Below the pieces are notes generated by a model. It ran no database searches and was not told where the DNA came from. It saw nothing but the letters and a program-made list of their open reading frames with translations. A stretch of DNA of 64,000 bases from an uncultured delta proteobacterium (GTDB lineage Bacteria > Desulfobacterota > Zymogenia > Zymogenales > Zymogenaceae), in assembly GCA_963792965.1 (NCBI GenBank), contig CAWBYW010000030.1:32001-96000 (forward strand), written 5' to 3'. Shown piece by piece: positions 21,293 through 33,309 of this stretch. Each line of letters opens with the position of its first letter. The stretch's first letter is position 1. Position numbers and translations under genes: made by a program.

Positions 21293-21685
21293 ATGAAAAA
21301 GACACTCCCGATTCTTTTACTTTTCTGCATCATCGCGATCTCGTGCGCACACTCCCGGCCCGATACGCGTGCAGGACGGGATATGTATTATTCGTACCCC
21401 TTCAAGGATGTATTCGCCGCCACTCAGACGGTGCTCAAAGAGCAGGGGTACGACACTATCGAGATCAACCCGTCAGAAAAAATGATCAAGGCCTTGAGGG
21501 GCTCGGATATACCCGGATTATCCAGCTCGGTTACCTTCAGCTTTCGCGAGGAGGGGACCGGCACCTGGGTCAATATCATCAGGAAGGTCCCGCCGCAGTT
21601 CGTGCCCGGATCGACCGATCACTACCGAATGGATATCGACGAGCTCTACCATTACGTGGAAATGGAGCTTGACCGTAACTACTGA
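21293..21685 (+). CDS. Hypothetical lipoprotein
   Basis: AAGGA RBS and signal peptide with AISC lipobox. Confidence 0.7.
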   Translation: MKKTLPILLLFCIIAISCAHSRPDTRAGRDMYYSYPFKDVFAATQTVLKEQGYDTIEINPSEKMIKALRGSDIPGLSSSVTFSFREEGTGTWVNIIRKVPPQFVPGSTDHYRMDIDELYHYVEMELDRNY

Positions 21686-21688
21686 GCG

Positions 21689-22243
21689 TCACCGGTAAAA
21701 GCTGTCTTTCCATTTAGGATCAAGCTTCACCGCCTTGTCGTAGTCCTCTTTGGCCTTCAGGTAGTCACGCCTGGCCCAATACTCTCTCCCCCGCGCGTAA
21801 TAGGCATAGCTGTTGTTCGGATCCACCTCGATGACGTGGGTGAAATCGGCCACGGCGGCATTCGACAGCCCCATCTGCCCGTACGACATCCCCCGCATGA
21901 CATATGCCTGAAGGAGGTCCGGCCTGAGCTCCACAACCGAGGAGAAGTCCGCGGCGGAGCTTTCAAACTCGTCCTTGATGGCTTTGGTGCGCTCCTGCGT
22001 GTAGCCCGGGCCGTACATGACGATATAGAGCTGACCGAGGTGAAAATGGGCGGCTCCCCGCGAGTAGAGGGCGCCTGCGTCTTTCTTGTCCTTCTCGATC
22101 TTCGCGGTTGATTCGACGATTACCTTTTTATCGGCCTCGATCTGCTCCATGAAGGTCTTCTCCTCGGCCCCCCATGCGGGCGCGAGAAGACCGGGCAGAA
22201 GAAGCATGAGGCACACCGTAAGAATAGTCTCTCTGCGTTTCAT
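21689..22243 (-). CDS. Exported TPR protein
   Basis: Signal peptide (..APAWG) and TPRs AYVMRGMSYGQMG..AVADFT and AYYARG..AKEDYDKAVKLDP. Confidence 0.8.
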   Translation of the reverse strand: MKRRETILTVCLMLLLPGLLAPAWGAEEKTFMEQIEADKKVIVESTAKIEKDKKDAGALYSRGAAHFHLGQLYIVMYGPGYTQERTKAIKDEFESSAADFSSVVELRPDLLQAYVMRGMSYGQMGLSNAAVADFTHVIEVDPNNSYAYYARGREYWARRDYLKAKEDYDKAVKLDPKWKDSFYR

Positions 22244-22282
22244 TGAAGTCCCAGTCAAGAAACCGTATGACACGAAAAATAG

Positions 22283-22312
22283 AAAGCCCCGTTCAGAGAA
22301 CGGGGCTTTTTT
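22283..22312. terminator. Intrinsic terminator after groEL
   Basis: AAAGCCCCGTTC-aga-GAACGGGGCTTT perfect 12-bp stem. Confidence 0.8.
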
Positions 22313-22318
22313 AGCCGC

Positions 22319-24264
<1,946 letters not shown>

Positions 24265-24394
24265 AGCTATCAACTCCTTTCTCTTTTATTGAAACAAACC
24301 CTCACGCCGCGCGTGCGGCGAACCGTTTCGTGAAACAACTGTAGGGACACGTTTGATCATGTCCGTCCGGTGCGTTTCATCGAACCGAGAAGTA

Positions 24395-24421
24395 TTAGCA
24401 CTCAACTCAAGTGAGTGCTAA
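24395..24421. promoter_or_regulatory. CIRCE element (HrcA operator)
   Basis: Perfect TTAGCACTC-N9-GAGTGCTAA upstream of groES. Confidence 0.97.
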
Positions 24422-24424
24422 ATC

Positions 24425-24453
24425 ATATTACTGCATGACCGGGGATATGGCAA
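24425..24453 (-). promoter_or_regulatory. groESL promoter
   Basis: TTGCCA-N17-TAATAT immediately upstream of CIRCE. Confidence 0.65.
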
Positions 24454-24707
24454 GGGCGATGGGAGGCGGTATCAGGCTATTAGCTAGGTAAATCTACGAA
24501 TAACTCTTAAATACACTCAATAGTTCACATTATCTCAAAATATCTTAGTTTCTAATCGGCGATATCGACGGCGATGCAATGGCCTCCGGTACGGGCCGCC
24601 AAGCTTCCCGGCTCCGACTATCTGTGGATTTCGCCGGGAAGAATGGGGGCAAACATCATCACCTGACTCTCATATGAACGGTTCATCATTCTTACATTAC
24701 CGGCCGC

Positions 24708-26216
24708 CTACCCCCACCCGATCTCGTACTCCTCCAGGTGAAAGTGAACCACCGTGCGCACGGCGATGCGGATGCCCAGCCGCTCTTCGAGGTCCTCAAG
24801 CCACCCCCGCTCCTCGTCAAGTAGCAGCCCCGCCACCTCCGGGTTGACCTGCACGGTCGCCTTCTCGTCCGTCCCGGGCCTTTTCTTCATCAGCTCCCGG
24901 AAGATCTCGTAGCAGACGGTGCGGCGCGACTTCAAATAGCCGTGTCCCTCGCAGTAGGGGCAGGGATCCGTCAGCGCCTGGGTGAGGCTTTCGCGGCTTC
25001 TCTTCCTGGTCATCTCCACGATGCCGAGCTCGGAGATCTTGAGGATATTGGTCTTTTTCGTGTCGGACTTGAGCGCCTCGTCCAGCGAGTTGAAGACCTT
25101 CTCGCGGTTTTCGAGGCGCTCCATGTCGATGAAGTCGATGATAACCAGCCCCCCGACGTTCCTGAGCCTCAGCTGGTAGGCGATCTCTTTGGTCGCCTCG
25201 AGGTTGGTGCGCAGGATCGTGTCCTCGAGGTCGCGCCTGCCGACGTACTTGCCCGTGTTGACGTCGATGACCGTGAGCGCCTCGGTGGGCTCGATGACGA
25301 TGGAGCCGCCCGACTTGAGCCAGACCTTCTTTCCGAGCGCCCGCCTGATTTCCATCTCCAGCCCGTAGCTGTCGAAAATCGGCTCGTCCCGATCGTAGCT
25401 GCCGATCTTTGCGCTGACCTGCGGCAGGAACGACTCCGCAAACTCGACGAGCCGTCGATACTCGGCCTCATCGTCGATCACAAGGCGGTCGACGTCGTGC
25501 GTCAACAGGTCGCGCACCATTCGAAGCGAGAGGTCAAGCTCACGGTGGATGAGGGCGGGGGCGCCCGTCCGCTCCTTTTTGGCCACGATGGAGCGGTGGA
25601 GCTTCAACAGAAACTCCATGTCCTTTTTGATCTCTTCGTCACTCATGCCCTGGCCCGCGGTCCTGACGATGAAGCCGGTCCCCTGGGGACGGATCTCTTC
25701 CACCATCGACTTGAGCCGCTTCCGCTGGGCCTCGTCCTCGATGCGGCGGGAGACCCCCACCCTATCCATCGTCGGCAAGAGCACGAGGTATTTTCCCGGC
25801 AGAGAGATATGGGAGGTGATGCGCGCCCCCTTGCCGCCGATCGGCTCGCGGGCCACCTGTACCATCACCTCCTGTCCGCGCTTGAGCATCGTCTCCACGC
25901 CCTCTCCGGACGGCGGCGCGACCTCCCGCGCCGCCCCGTTGAAGATGTCGGGGCGATCTTTGTCGGAAAATCCCTCGTAGTCCTCGAACTCGTCGTAAAA
26001 GTCGGTGGCGTAGAGAAAGGCGGCCTTATCCAGCCCGATGTCTACGAAGGCCGCCTCCATCCCGGGCATCACCCGGATCACCTTTCCCTTATAGATATTG
26101 CCCGACACGCCGAGGTCCTTGGGACGCTCGACGAAGAGCTCACAGAGGGTGTTGTTTTCGATCAGCGCCGCCCGCGTCTCCCACGGGTGGGCGTTGATGA
26201 CGATCTCTTTTGACAT
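24708..26216 (-). CDS. rng: Ribonuclease G (Rne/Rng family)
   Basis: GNIYKGKV, AAFVDIG, IDVNTGK, QLRLRNVGGLVIIDFIDM and CPYCEG. Confidence 0.93.
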   Translation of the reverse strand: MSKEIVINAHPWETRAALIENNTLCELFVERPKDLGVSGNIYKGKVIRVMPGMEAAFVDIGLDKAAFLYATDFYDEFEDYEGFSDKDRPDIFNGAAREVAPPSGEGVETMLKRGQEVMVQVAREPIGGKGARITSHISLPGKYLVLLPTMDRVGVSRRIEDEAQRKRLKSMVEEIRPQGTGFIVRTAGQGMSDEEIKKDMEFLLKLHRSIVAKKERTGAPALIHRELDLSLRMVRDLLTHDVDRLVIDDEAEYRRLVEFAESFLPQVSAKIGSYDRDEPIFDSYGLEMEIRRALGKKVWLKSGGSIVIEPTEALTVIDVNTGKYVGRRDLEDTILRTNLEATKEIAYQLRLRNVGGLVIIDFIDMERLENREKVFNSLDEALKSDTKKTNILKISELGIVEMTRKRSRESLTQALTDPCPYCEGHGYLKSRRTVCYEIFRELMKKRPGTDEKATVQVNPEVAGLLLDEERGWLEDLEERLGIRIAVRTVVHFHLEEYEIGWG

Positions 26217-26240
26217 ATATTTCACGCATATAATTGAATA

Positions 26241-28802
26241 TCATTTCATGGGCCCGGCGGTCGATTCCTTGACGACGCGAAACGACTTGGCCTCCTGCTC
26301 GGACACGCCCAACACCGCCGAGACGACCCGGTAGGGGCTGGGCGAGGAGCCGCCGATCTTTTTCATAACGAGCCGTATCGTCTTATCCTCCGGCCGGTAC
26401 TCCAGCGCCTCCACGAATGGGCGCACGTTGATCTTTTTGGCTCGGCCGTTGACGCTCCCCAAAAACCAGCGCTCCGAGCTCTCCATGAAGGACGAGATGG
26501 ACGACGCCGGATCGAGTGCGGCATATCCGTTTTCGGCAACGACGATCTCGTATACGGGGCAAAGCGCCCTGTCCGATATCTTTCCCGGGCAGTCACCGGG
26601 AGCAAGGATCGACCGGATCTCCATGCCCTGGGGCAGCGTGGCGTTGAGGGCCTCCGCAAGTGCCGTCGTGTCCACCTCGCGCGAGAGCTCGGCGACAAAG
26701 GGCTCGCCGTCGGCCTCCACGCCCACCGCCAACGCCTCCGCAAAGCTGATGCGCGGCTTGGGGTGAAACCCCTCCGTGAAGTTGACCGGTGCGCCCACCC
26801 GCGTCAGCGCCCGGCTCACCAGCGACGCGATCTCGAGGTGGGATATGAAACAGGCCGGCCCGGTCCGGCGGTAGAAAAAGACATACGCGAGCCGGGGATT
26901 CGGCTCGGCCGGAGTATCGTCATCAGGCGCCGGCCGGCCGCCTTGTCCCATCACGGTCGGATCGACCTTTGCCCGGACGTTACGGACTGCCCCCGCACAG
27001 ACCCCGCAGTTGGTGCATGCGTCCGTCATGCAGTTTTCCGTGGGGACGGCCCCGTACGCCCGGGCGCGCTCGCCGGTAAGGTACGACTTCTTCACCCCCG
27101 TCTCGATATGGTCCCAGGGCAGCGCGTCGTCTTCGGAATACGCGCGCTCGGCGCAGTCTCTCATCGAGAGGCCCGCCTCGGCGAACGCGCGCTCCCAGAG
27201 GTCAAACCGAAAATATTCCGTCCACCCGTCGAACGCACAGCCGAGCTCGCAGGCGCGCGTTATCACGCCCAACAACCTGCGGTCCCCGCGGGAAAAGACG
27301 GCCTCAAGCAGGCTCGTCCGCGGGTCGTGAAACCTGACGCTGACGCGCCCCGAGCGCACCCCCCGCTTGATTCGATCCTGGCGCCTCTTCATCTCGGCGG
27401 TGGAGATGGTCGCCTCCCATTGAAAGGGCGTATGCGGCTTTGGGGTAAAGGTCGAGACGCTCACGTTTATGCCGCCCTTTCCCGTTTTCGGAAGGCTTCT
27501 CTCCACCTTCTGGATCAGCGAAATGATTCCGTCCAGGTCTTCATCGGTTTCGGTGGGCAGGCCGATCATGAAGTAGAGCTTAATGAGCCGCCACCCCGCA
27601 CGAAATACCCGCCCCACCGTCGCCTCGATTTCCGCCTCGGTGATGTTCTTGTTGATCACCGCGCGCAGGCGCGCGCTTCCGGCCTCGGGGGCGACGGTGA
27701 AGCCCGTCTTTCTGACCTTCTGAATCTCGGCGATCATCGAGTCCGACAGGGTATCTACCCTGAGCGACGGCACCGAGAGCGCGACCCGCTTTTGCTCGAG
27801 GCTCTCCATCAGGCGCGCTGTGAGGGAAGAAATCGCCGAGTAGTCCCCCGAAGAAAGGGAGAGCAGCGACACCTCCTCCATCCCCGTTGTGCTCAGCTGC
27901 TCCTCGACGAGCCGGCAGATCGTTTCCTGATCGCGCTCCCGGACGGGCCGGTAGACGAACCCCGCCTGACAGAAGCGGCACCCCCGGGCGCATCCCCGGG
28001 CGATCTCGACGCTGACCCGATCGTGGACCGCCTTCGTGTGGGGGACCGGGGGGGCCGTGGGATACGGGGCCCGGTTCAGGTCGGAAACGATGCGCTTTTT
28101 CACCGTCACCGGACCACCCTTCGGGCGCTCCACCCCCGAAAAAGAGCCCCCCACGTAGCGCGCCTCATAGAGACGAGGCACATAGACCCCGGGGATGACG
28201 GCCAGCCGGTCCAGCAGCTTCTCTCGCGGAGCCCCCCGGAGATCTCTATATGCCTCGATGATATCGACGACGGCCTCTTCCCCGTCCCCGACGACGATCG
28301 CGTCGAATATCTCGGCGACGGGCTCGGGGTTGAAGGCGCACGACCCGCCGGCGATGACGAGCGGATGGCCCTCGTTGCGCTGGGCCGACAAAAGGGGGAT
28401 ACGGGCCAGCCCGAGCATATTGACGACGTTGGTGTAGGTAAGCTCGTACATCAGCGAGAAGCCGATGATGTCAAACCCCGCGAGCGGGCTTTTGGTCTCC
28501 AGCGAAAAAAGCGGCAGGCCGGCCTTCCTCATCTCGGCTTCCATGTCGGGCCAAACCGCAAACGCCCGCTCCGCGAAGACCCCGTCCATGGAGTTGAGGA
28601 TCCACAGCAGGATCGCCATCCCCTGGTGGCTCATCCCGATCTCGTAGACCTCGGGGAACGCCAAGCAGACGCGGATATCCGCAGGCGCAGGCTCCCCCCT
28701 GGGCGCGTTGACCTCCCCGCCGATGTAGCGGCCCGGCTTGGACACCCTCGGCAGGGCCTTGGTCAGGAATGTCTTTATATCTGGGTCTTTTTTATGTGTC
28801 AT
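26241..28802 (-). CDS. TIGR03960-type radical SAM protein fused to a TIGR03936/DUF2344 domain
   Basis: KPGRYIGGE, FPEVYEIGMSH, RGCARGCRFCQAG, FTPKPHTPFQW, CTNCGVC and C-terminal FISHLE..FTEGFHPKPRISF. Confidence 0.88.
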   Translation of the reverse strand: MTHKKDPDIKTFLTKALPRVSKPGRYIGGEVNAPRGEPAPADIRVCLAFPEVYEIGMSHQGMAILLWILNSMDGVFAERAFAVWPDMEAEMRKAGLPLFSLETKSPLAGFDIIGFSLMYELTYTNVVNMLGLARIPLLSAQRNEGHPLVIAGGSCAFNPEPVAEIFDAIVVGDGEEAVVDIIEAYRDLRGAPREKLLDRLAVIPGVYVPRLYEARYVGGSFSGVERPKGGPVTVKKRIVSDLNRAPYPTAPPVPHTKAVHDRVSVEIARGCARGCRFCQAGFVYRPVRERDQETICRLVEEQLSTTGMEEVSLLSLSSGDYSAISSLTARLMESLEQKRVALSVPSLRVDTLSDSMIAEIQKVRKTGFTVAPEAGSARLRAVINKNITEAEIEATVGRVFRAGWRLIKLYFMIGLPTETDEDLDGIISLIQKVERSLPKTGKGGINVSVSTFTPKPHTPFQWEATISTAEMKRRQDRIKRGVRSGRVSVRFHDPRTSLLEAVFSRGDRRLLGVITRACELGCAFDGWTEYFRFDLWERAFAEAGLSMRDCAERAYSEDDALPWDHIETGVKKSYLTGERARAYGAVPTENCMTDACTNCGVCAGAVRNVRAKVDPTVMGQGGRPAPDDDTPAEPNPRLAYVFFYRRTGPACFISHLEIASLVSRALTRVGAPVNFTEGFHPKPRISFAEALAVGVEADGEPFVAELSREVDTTALAEALNATLPQGMEIRSILAPGDCPGKISDRALCPVYEIVVAENGYAALDPASSISSFMESSERWFLGSVNGRAKKINVRPFVEALEYRPEDKTIRLVMKKIGGSSPSPYRVVSAVLGVSEQEAKSFRVVKESTAGPMK

Positions 28803-29067
28803 CGCAATTCAGGACCTAGCCCCCGGCTGCCCCCTCGTTGATTATGGATGAATGATACGGGATGCTCCATAGTGTGCTTACCTAAGCGAAGCGCAACGCG
28901 CCCATGCCGTGTACGGCGTTCTCTCATCCAGTACTCCCGATCCCATAAGAAGAAGCGGCAATTGTCGGGAAAACAGCGGCAGTCGGCGGGCGGGGTCGTC
29001 TTCTTTTCTCCTGCCCGAGAGAAGTGACCTCGGTGAATCTAAGGAAACCCATTATTCACCGATAAGG

Positions 29068-29096
29068 AATTTACCACAGACGGGCAATAAAGTCAA
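29068..29096 (-). promoter_or_regulatory. Candidate sigma70 promoter of the radical SAM-rng operon
   Basis: TTGACT-N17-TAAATT with an extended TG motif. Confidence 0.45.
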
Positions 29097-29173
29097 CGAG
29101 CCGCGCCGCATAATCGAATTGCCCTCAGGATATCGAGATGATATACTGCGCCTTATTTTACCGGGTGTTAGCC

Positions 29174-29760
29174 ATGAAACACGGCAGCCGGACCACGAGG
29201 TCGCGCGTATTTCTATTTTCATTCGCTTCTCTCCTCATTGCGCTCTCCATCATCTCAGTCCTTCTTATCCAGCCCGCGAGAGGGGCCGAAGGGACCGACG
29301 CCGGAGAACGGGTCACCGATAGACTCGCGGTTGCCTCATTCGCTCCACCGAAAGGGTGGGTCGCGTGGGATTTCTGGGGACGGCGGCCTTCTCCCCGACG
29401 ACCGATCACGAGCCCCGTCTCACGTTAGTCGTTTCCCCCCGCACGGGTGGAGACGCACGGGATATCGAATCGCTCATGAAGAGCCTCTCGGCTACCTTCT
29501 CAACGGAAAACTACACGCTCATCACCAAGGAGTACCTCTTAACAGGCGGGTATCCGGGGGTCAGGGTGTTGGCCCAGGGCACCGACAAGAACAAGCTCTT
29601 CGACCACGATTACATCTGGATCCAGGAATATTGGACGAGCGCCCACAGGATCACCCTCACGCTTATCGCCGATAAGGATTCCTTTAAGACCTACGAGAAG
29701 GTGGTGCTCGAGTCTTTCAGATCTCTCATCATTACCGAGCGCGCGCCGGATGAGCGGTAG
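29174..29760 (+). CDS. Hypothetical exported protein (frameshift near 29385)
   Basis: Hydrophobic N-terminus (ORF 29138) and SFAPPKGW, continuing in ORF 29356; PsbP-like pattern. Confidence 0.5.
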
Positions 29761-29764
29761 CCGC

Positions 29765-30250
29765 ATGGAGACCCGGCGATTGATATACACGATCGGCCAC
29801 GGCAACCACCCGCTGGACCGTTTCCTGGGCCTCTTATCGGATGCAGGGATCGAGCTGGTGGTCGACGTGCGGAGCTTCCCCGCTTCCCGGTACCTCCCGC
29901 ACTTCAACAGGAAGGCCCTCCAAGAGACTCTTATAGCCTCGGGGATAGACTATCATTACCTCGGCGACCTCCTCGGGGGCAGGCCCCCGGGCTTCGGAAA
30001 GGAGCGTCCGCTCACCTACGAGGACGCCGTAAAGAGGGAGGGATTCCGGGAAGGATTAGCGCAGCTTATCGAGCTTTCGAGCCGGAAGCGCTGCGCCGTC
30101 ATGTGCGCGGAGCAAGATCCGAACCGCTGCCACCGGCGGCACATCATCACCCGGGCATTGGTCCGACCGGGCATCAGTGTGATGCATATCCTCGGAGACG
30201 GGACGCTCGTACAGGAACGTGAATTCGGACTCCCGTTTGAAGATCGATGA
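29765..30250 (+). CDS. DUF488 family protein
   Basis: IYTIGHG, VVDVRSFP.SR..PHFN, LGGRP and MCAEQDPNRCHR. Confidence 0.9.
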   Translation: METRRLIYTIGHGNHPLDRFLGLLSDAGIELVVDVRSFPASRYLPHFNRKALQETLIASGIDYHYLGDLLGGRPPGFGKERPLTYEDAVKREGFREGLAQLIELSSRKRCAVMCAEQDPNRCHRRHIITRALVRPGISVMHILGDGTLVQEREFGLPFEDR

Positions 30251-30255
30251 TTCTT

Positions 30256-31212
30256 CTACTCTTCCTGATCTAAGATGTCCGTGTTCTCTTTCCGGGCAAG
30301 CGTCGCCTTATTATAGAAGCGGTAGAGGGCGGGGTTCATCGTCCGCATCAGCTTTCTGAGCTCCAGCATGTCGGCTCCCTTCAGGGATCTGAAGAGCGTC
30401 TCGTTTTCCACCATGATAAGGGCATAGTAAAAAACCCTCCCGGCTGTTTCTTCCGATTGTTCCTTCTGCAGCTCCGATCTCAAGCGGTTAAACTCCTTAA
30501 AGAAATTCATCAGCTCATCGGAATCGGGAAATGTCCTCGGGGGGAAGACCATGAGAACATGGCCGACACAAGCCGCCCACGCCCCGCCCATGCCTTCGGG
30601 AATATACGTACCAAGGATAAGCGCCTTTACGTCTTCGTCAAGGATTGCCTTCGTGTCGATCCCCGACCAGTCGGCCAGGATAGCCTGGGCGTAATACCGC
30701 CGTGCTTCCTCGAGCTCGCCCCGCGTCTCAAAGAGATCACCGAGGTAGCCCAGCAGGTGCGCCTTCTTCTTCGGGGGAACGGAGACTTGTGAGACCTCAC
30801 CGAGAAGTGATTCCTTGGCCTGGTCAAGGCGCCCCGCTTTGAAAAGCAGATACCCCGGGGGATAGCCGTATATCGGCTCGAGCTGCGTGTCTCCGAAGGC
30901 GTCAACAACCCGCCCATAGTAGGCCCGCTCAAGGTCCGGAAGATAGTCGGGCGTATACGAGAGCTCCTTCAACAGCTTCCTGAAGGCGGAGAATCGCCCG
31001 AAGAGGTGGGGCGGTTTCGCCTCCGGGGTAAGCGTTTCCTGGAGGAACTGCACGATCCGGGCCTCCCGGCGCACGAAGTCGTGATCGGGATAGTTCGCAA
31101 GGAGGATGTCGATCTTCGCCCGTGCGGTATCGAGATCAAGGACTGAGAGCACCCTCTGAACTTCCTTCAGCTTTCTGGTGGGGACGTCGAAAATGGTCAC
31201 GCTCTCGTCCAT
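30256..31212 (-). CDS. Hypothetical helical/TPR-like protein
   Basis: 318-aa ORF with the TPR-like segment LGYLGDLFETRGELEEARRYYAQAI. Confidence 0.65.
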   Translation of the reverse strand: MDESVTIFDVPTRKLKEVQRVLSVLDLDTARAKIDILLANYPDHDFVRREARIVQFLQETLTPEAKPPHLFGRFSAFRKLLKELSYTPDYLPDLERAYYGRVVDAFGDTQLEPIYGYPPGYLLFKAGRLDQAKESLLGEVSQVSVPPKKKAHLLGYLGDLFETRGELEEARRYYAQAILADWSGIDTKAILDEDVKALILGTYIPEGMGGAWAACVGHVLMVFPPRTFPDSDELMNFFKEFNRLRSELQKEQSEETAGRVFYYALIMVENETLFRSLKGADMLELRKLMRTMNPALYRFYNKATLARKENTDILDQEE

Positions 31213-31214
31213 TC

Positions 31215-31764
31215 CTATCCCTTTCCAACCGGGAGACCCAATCTCTCCCGCGCTGAGCCGAATATAAGAATCGCGAGCGCCGCCTTGACGATATCGCCGG
31301 GAAGGGTCACAAGAAAGCCGAGCTTGACGGCCGTCAAGAAGGAAATCTCCTTCTTAAGCAGGAGGTGGGTCGCCGCAAAGAGATACGGCACGCCGAAGAG
31401 GTAAACGACAAGGAGAGAGAAGAGAGACCCCTATGATGGGGAACAAATAGCCGCCCTTTCCGGAAAACCAACCCGAGACGGCCGCCGCGGGGATAAATCC
31501 GACGAGGTAACCAAAGGAGGGCGACAGTACATAGATAATTCCGCCGCCGCCCGCAAAAACGGGAAGCCCGATCAGCCCGAGCGTTACATAGAGGAGCTGC
31601 GAGAGCGCCCCCCCCGCGGGGCCGAGAAAAAGCCCCGACGAATAGACCAGGAGCGTCTGAAGCGTTACGGGGACAAGCGGGGTCTGGACCTGGATGAAGG
31701 CCCCCGCGGCCGTCAGGGCGGCAAAGAGAGGCACGAGGGTGAACATCGAGGGGCGTTGTTTCAT
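31215..31764 (-). CDS. bioY: Biotin ECF S-component BioY (frameshift near 31415)
   Basis: LFAALTAAGAFI, PLVPVTLQT, GLIGLPVFAGG and PSFGYLVGF; the shifted tail is LPGDIVKAALA. Confidence 0.88.
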
Positions 31765-32501
31765 GAGTAGTGCACCTTAACCAGATAGAGCCCGTGGGGC
31801 GGCGCCGTCATCCCCGCCCGATTTCGGTCACACGCCGTCAAGATATCGGAGAATTCAATCTCGGTTGTTCTCCCTCGTCCCACCCGGACGATCGTGCCGA
31901 TGATGGCGCGCACCATATGTCTCAGGAACGCGTTGGCGCCGATCTCGAACCGGATTATGTCGCCCGGGAGCCTGTCTACGCAAAAAGACGTTACCTCCCG
32001 CATAGTGCTCGTGTTTTCTTCGTCATGCCCCGCGAAAGAGGCGAAATCATGGAGACCCACAAGAACCGAGCCCGCCCGCCGCATGGCATCGACATCGAGG
32101 ACCGCGTGAAGGTGCCAGACATACCGGCGCATAAAGGGGGACACTACGGGGCCGGTATAGACGAGGTATCGATAGACCCTACGGATCGCGGATCTTCGTG
32201 AGTCAAACGAATCGGGGACCTCACCGACGTCAAGGATCCGAACGTCCGGCGGGAGCAGTGCATTGAGGGCCCTTTTGACCGCCGCGCATTCGATGCGGGC
32301 CTCGGTCCTGAAGTTCGCCGTCTGCTCCAGCGCGTGTACTCCCGCGTCGGTTCTTCCTGACCCGGTGACCCTCACGTCATGGGCCAGGATTGTCGAGAGG
32401 GCGGCCTCGATGGCCCCCTGGACCGTCCTGTCGTGCGGCTGATACTGCCACCCCGAAAAGTGAGTTCCCTCGTAGGAAAGGGTCAGCCGTATGTTCCTCA
32501 T
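31761..32501 (-). CDS. truA: tRNA pseudouridine(38-40) synthase
   Basis: YEGTHFSGWQ, GSGRTDAGVHA, AFLRHMVR and APPHGLYL. Confidence 0.96.
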   Translation of the reverse strand: MRNIRLTLSYEGTHFSGWQYQPHDRTVQGAIEAALSTILAHDVRVTGSGRTDAGVHALEQTANFRTEARIECAAVKRALNALLPPDVRILDVGEVPDSFDSRRSAIRRVYRYLVYTGPVVSPFMRRYVWHLHAVLDVDAMRRAGSVLVGLHDFASFAGHDEENTSTMREVTSFCVDRLPGDIIRFEIGANAFLRHMVRAIIGTIVRVGRGRTTEIEFSDILTACDRNRAGMTAPPHGLYLVKVHYS

Positions 32502-32502
32502 A

Positions 32503-33300
32503 TCAGATGAAGAAAAAGGGAACCATAAGCGCTATGACGATGATCGAGATGAGGTCCCACCTGGTAAACGTGATCTCACGGTAGCTCGTGCGCTCTTTCC
32601 CCGTGGCGTATCCCCGCGAGATCATCGCCACCGCAAGGTCGTCGGCCCGCATGAACGAGAGATGAAACAGCGGTATCAGGATCGGCACGAGCTTCCTCGC
32701 ACGTGAGATGAGCCCCCCCTTCTCGAAGTCGATACCCCGGGACTTCTGTGCGTTGATGATCCTTTGCGATTCAAGCAGGAGTATGGGCACAAACCTGATA
32801 GTCAGCATCATCATCATGACGAAGTCATCGACCGGCGCCCGAAAGGCCTTCAGGGGAGACAGCACTCGCTTGAGGGCGGTGGTCAGTTCAAGCGGCGTGG
32901 TGGTGAGGGTCAACAGAGATGAAAGGACGATAATCAACAGGATCCTGGTCGATACGATCAGCCCGTTGATCAACCCCTGCCAGGTGACGTTAATGAAGCC
33001 GATGGGAAAAGGAGGTATCGAGCGCCCCGGTGTAAAGAAAAGGTGTGCCGCCGCGGCGAAGAGGAAGAGCCATACGAAAGGGAGGACACCCTTCAGGACG
33101 AAGTAAGCGGGGACACGAGACATCCTGATGACCAGCAGAATGAAAAGTCCCATGAGGACAAACGGGAGCGCCGTGGAAATGAAAAAGACCGAAATCATCA
33201 ACAGCATCAACGAAACAAATTTCGTGCGCGGATCCAGCCGATGGATAAAGGAATCGATCGGCATATACTGTCCGAGGGTTATGTCCTGGAGAAATTTCAT
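32503..33300 (-). CDS. ecfT: ECF transporter transmembrane component T
   Basis: LGQY..DSFIHRLDPRTK, LTLTTTP, IRFVP, AQKSRG and LAVAMISRGY (two xRG motifs). Confidence 0.92.
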   Translation of the reverse strand: MKFLQDITLGQYMPIDSFIHRLDPRTKFVSLMLLMISVFFISTALPFVLMGLFILLVIRMSRVPAYFVLKGVLPFVWLFLFAAAAHLFFTPGRSIPPFPIGFINVTWQGLINGLIVSTRILLIIVLSSLLTLTTTPLELTTALKRVLSPLKAFRAPVDDFVMMMMLTIRFVPILLLESQRIINAQKSRGIDFEKGGLISRARKLVPILIPLFHLSFMRADDLAVAMISRGYATGKERTSYREITFTRWDLISIIVIALMVPFFFI

Positions 33301-33309
33301 ACGTCCGGA

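Noticed and set aside
24454-24707. AT-rich spacer between rng and groES as an ncRNA or foreign insert
   Set aside because: No repeats, credible ORF or recognisable RNA fold; consistent with ordinary promoter-upstream DNA.
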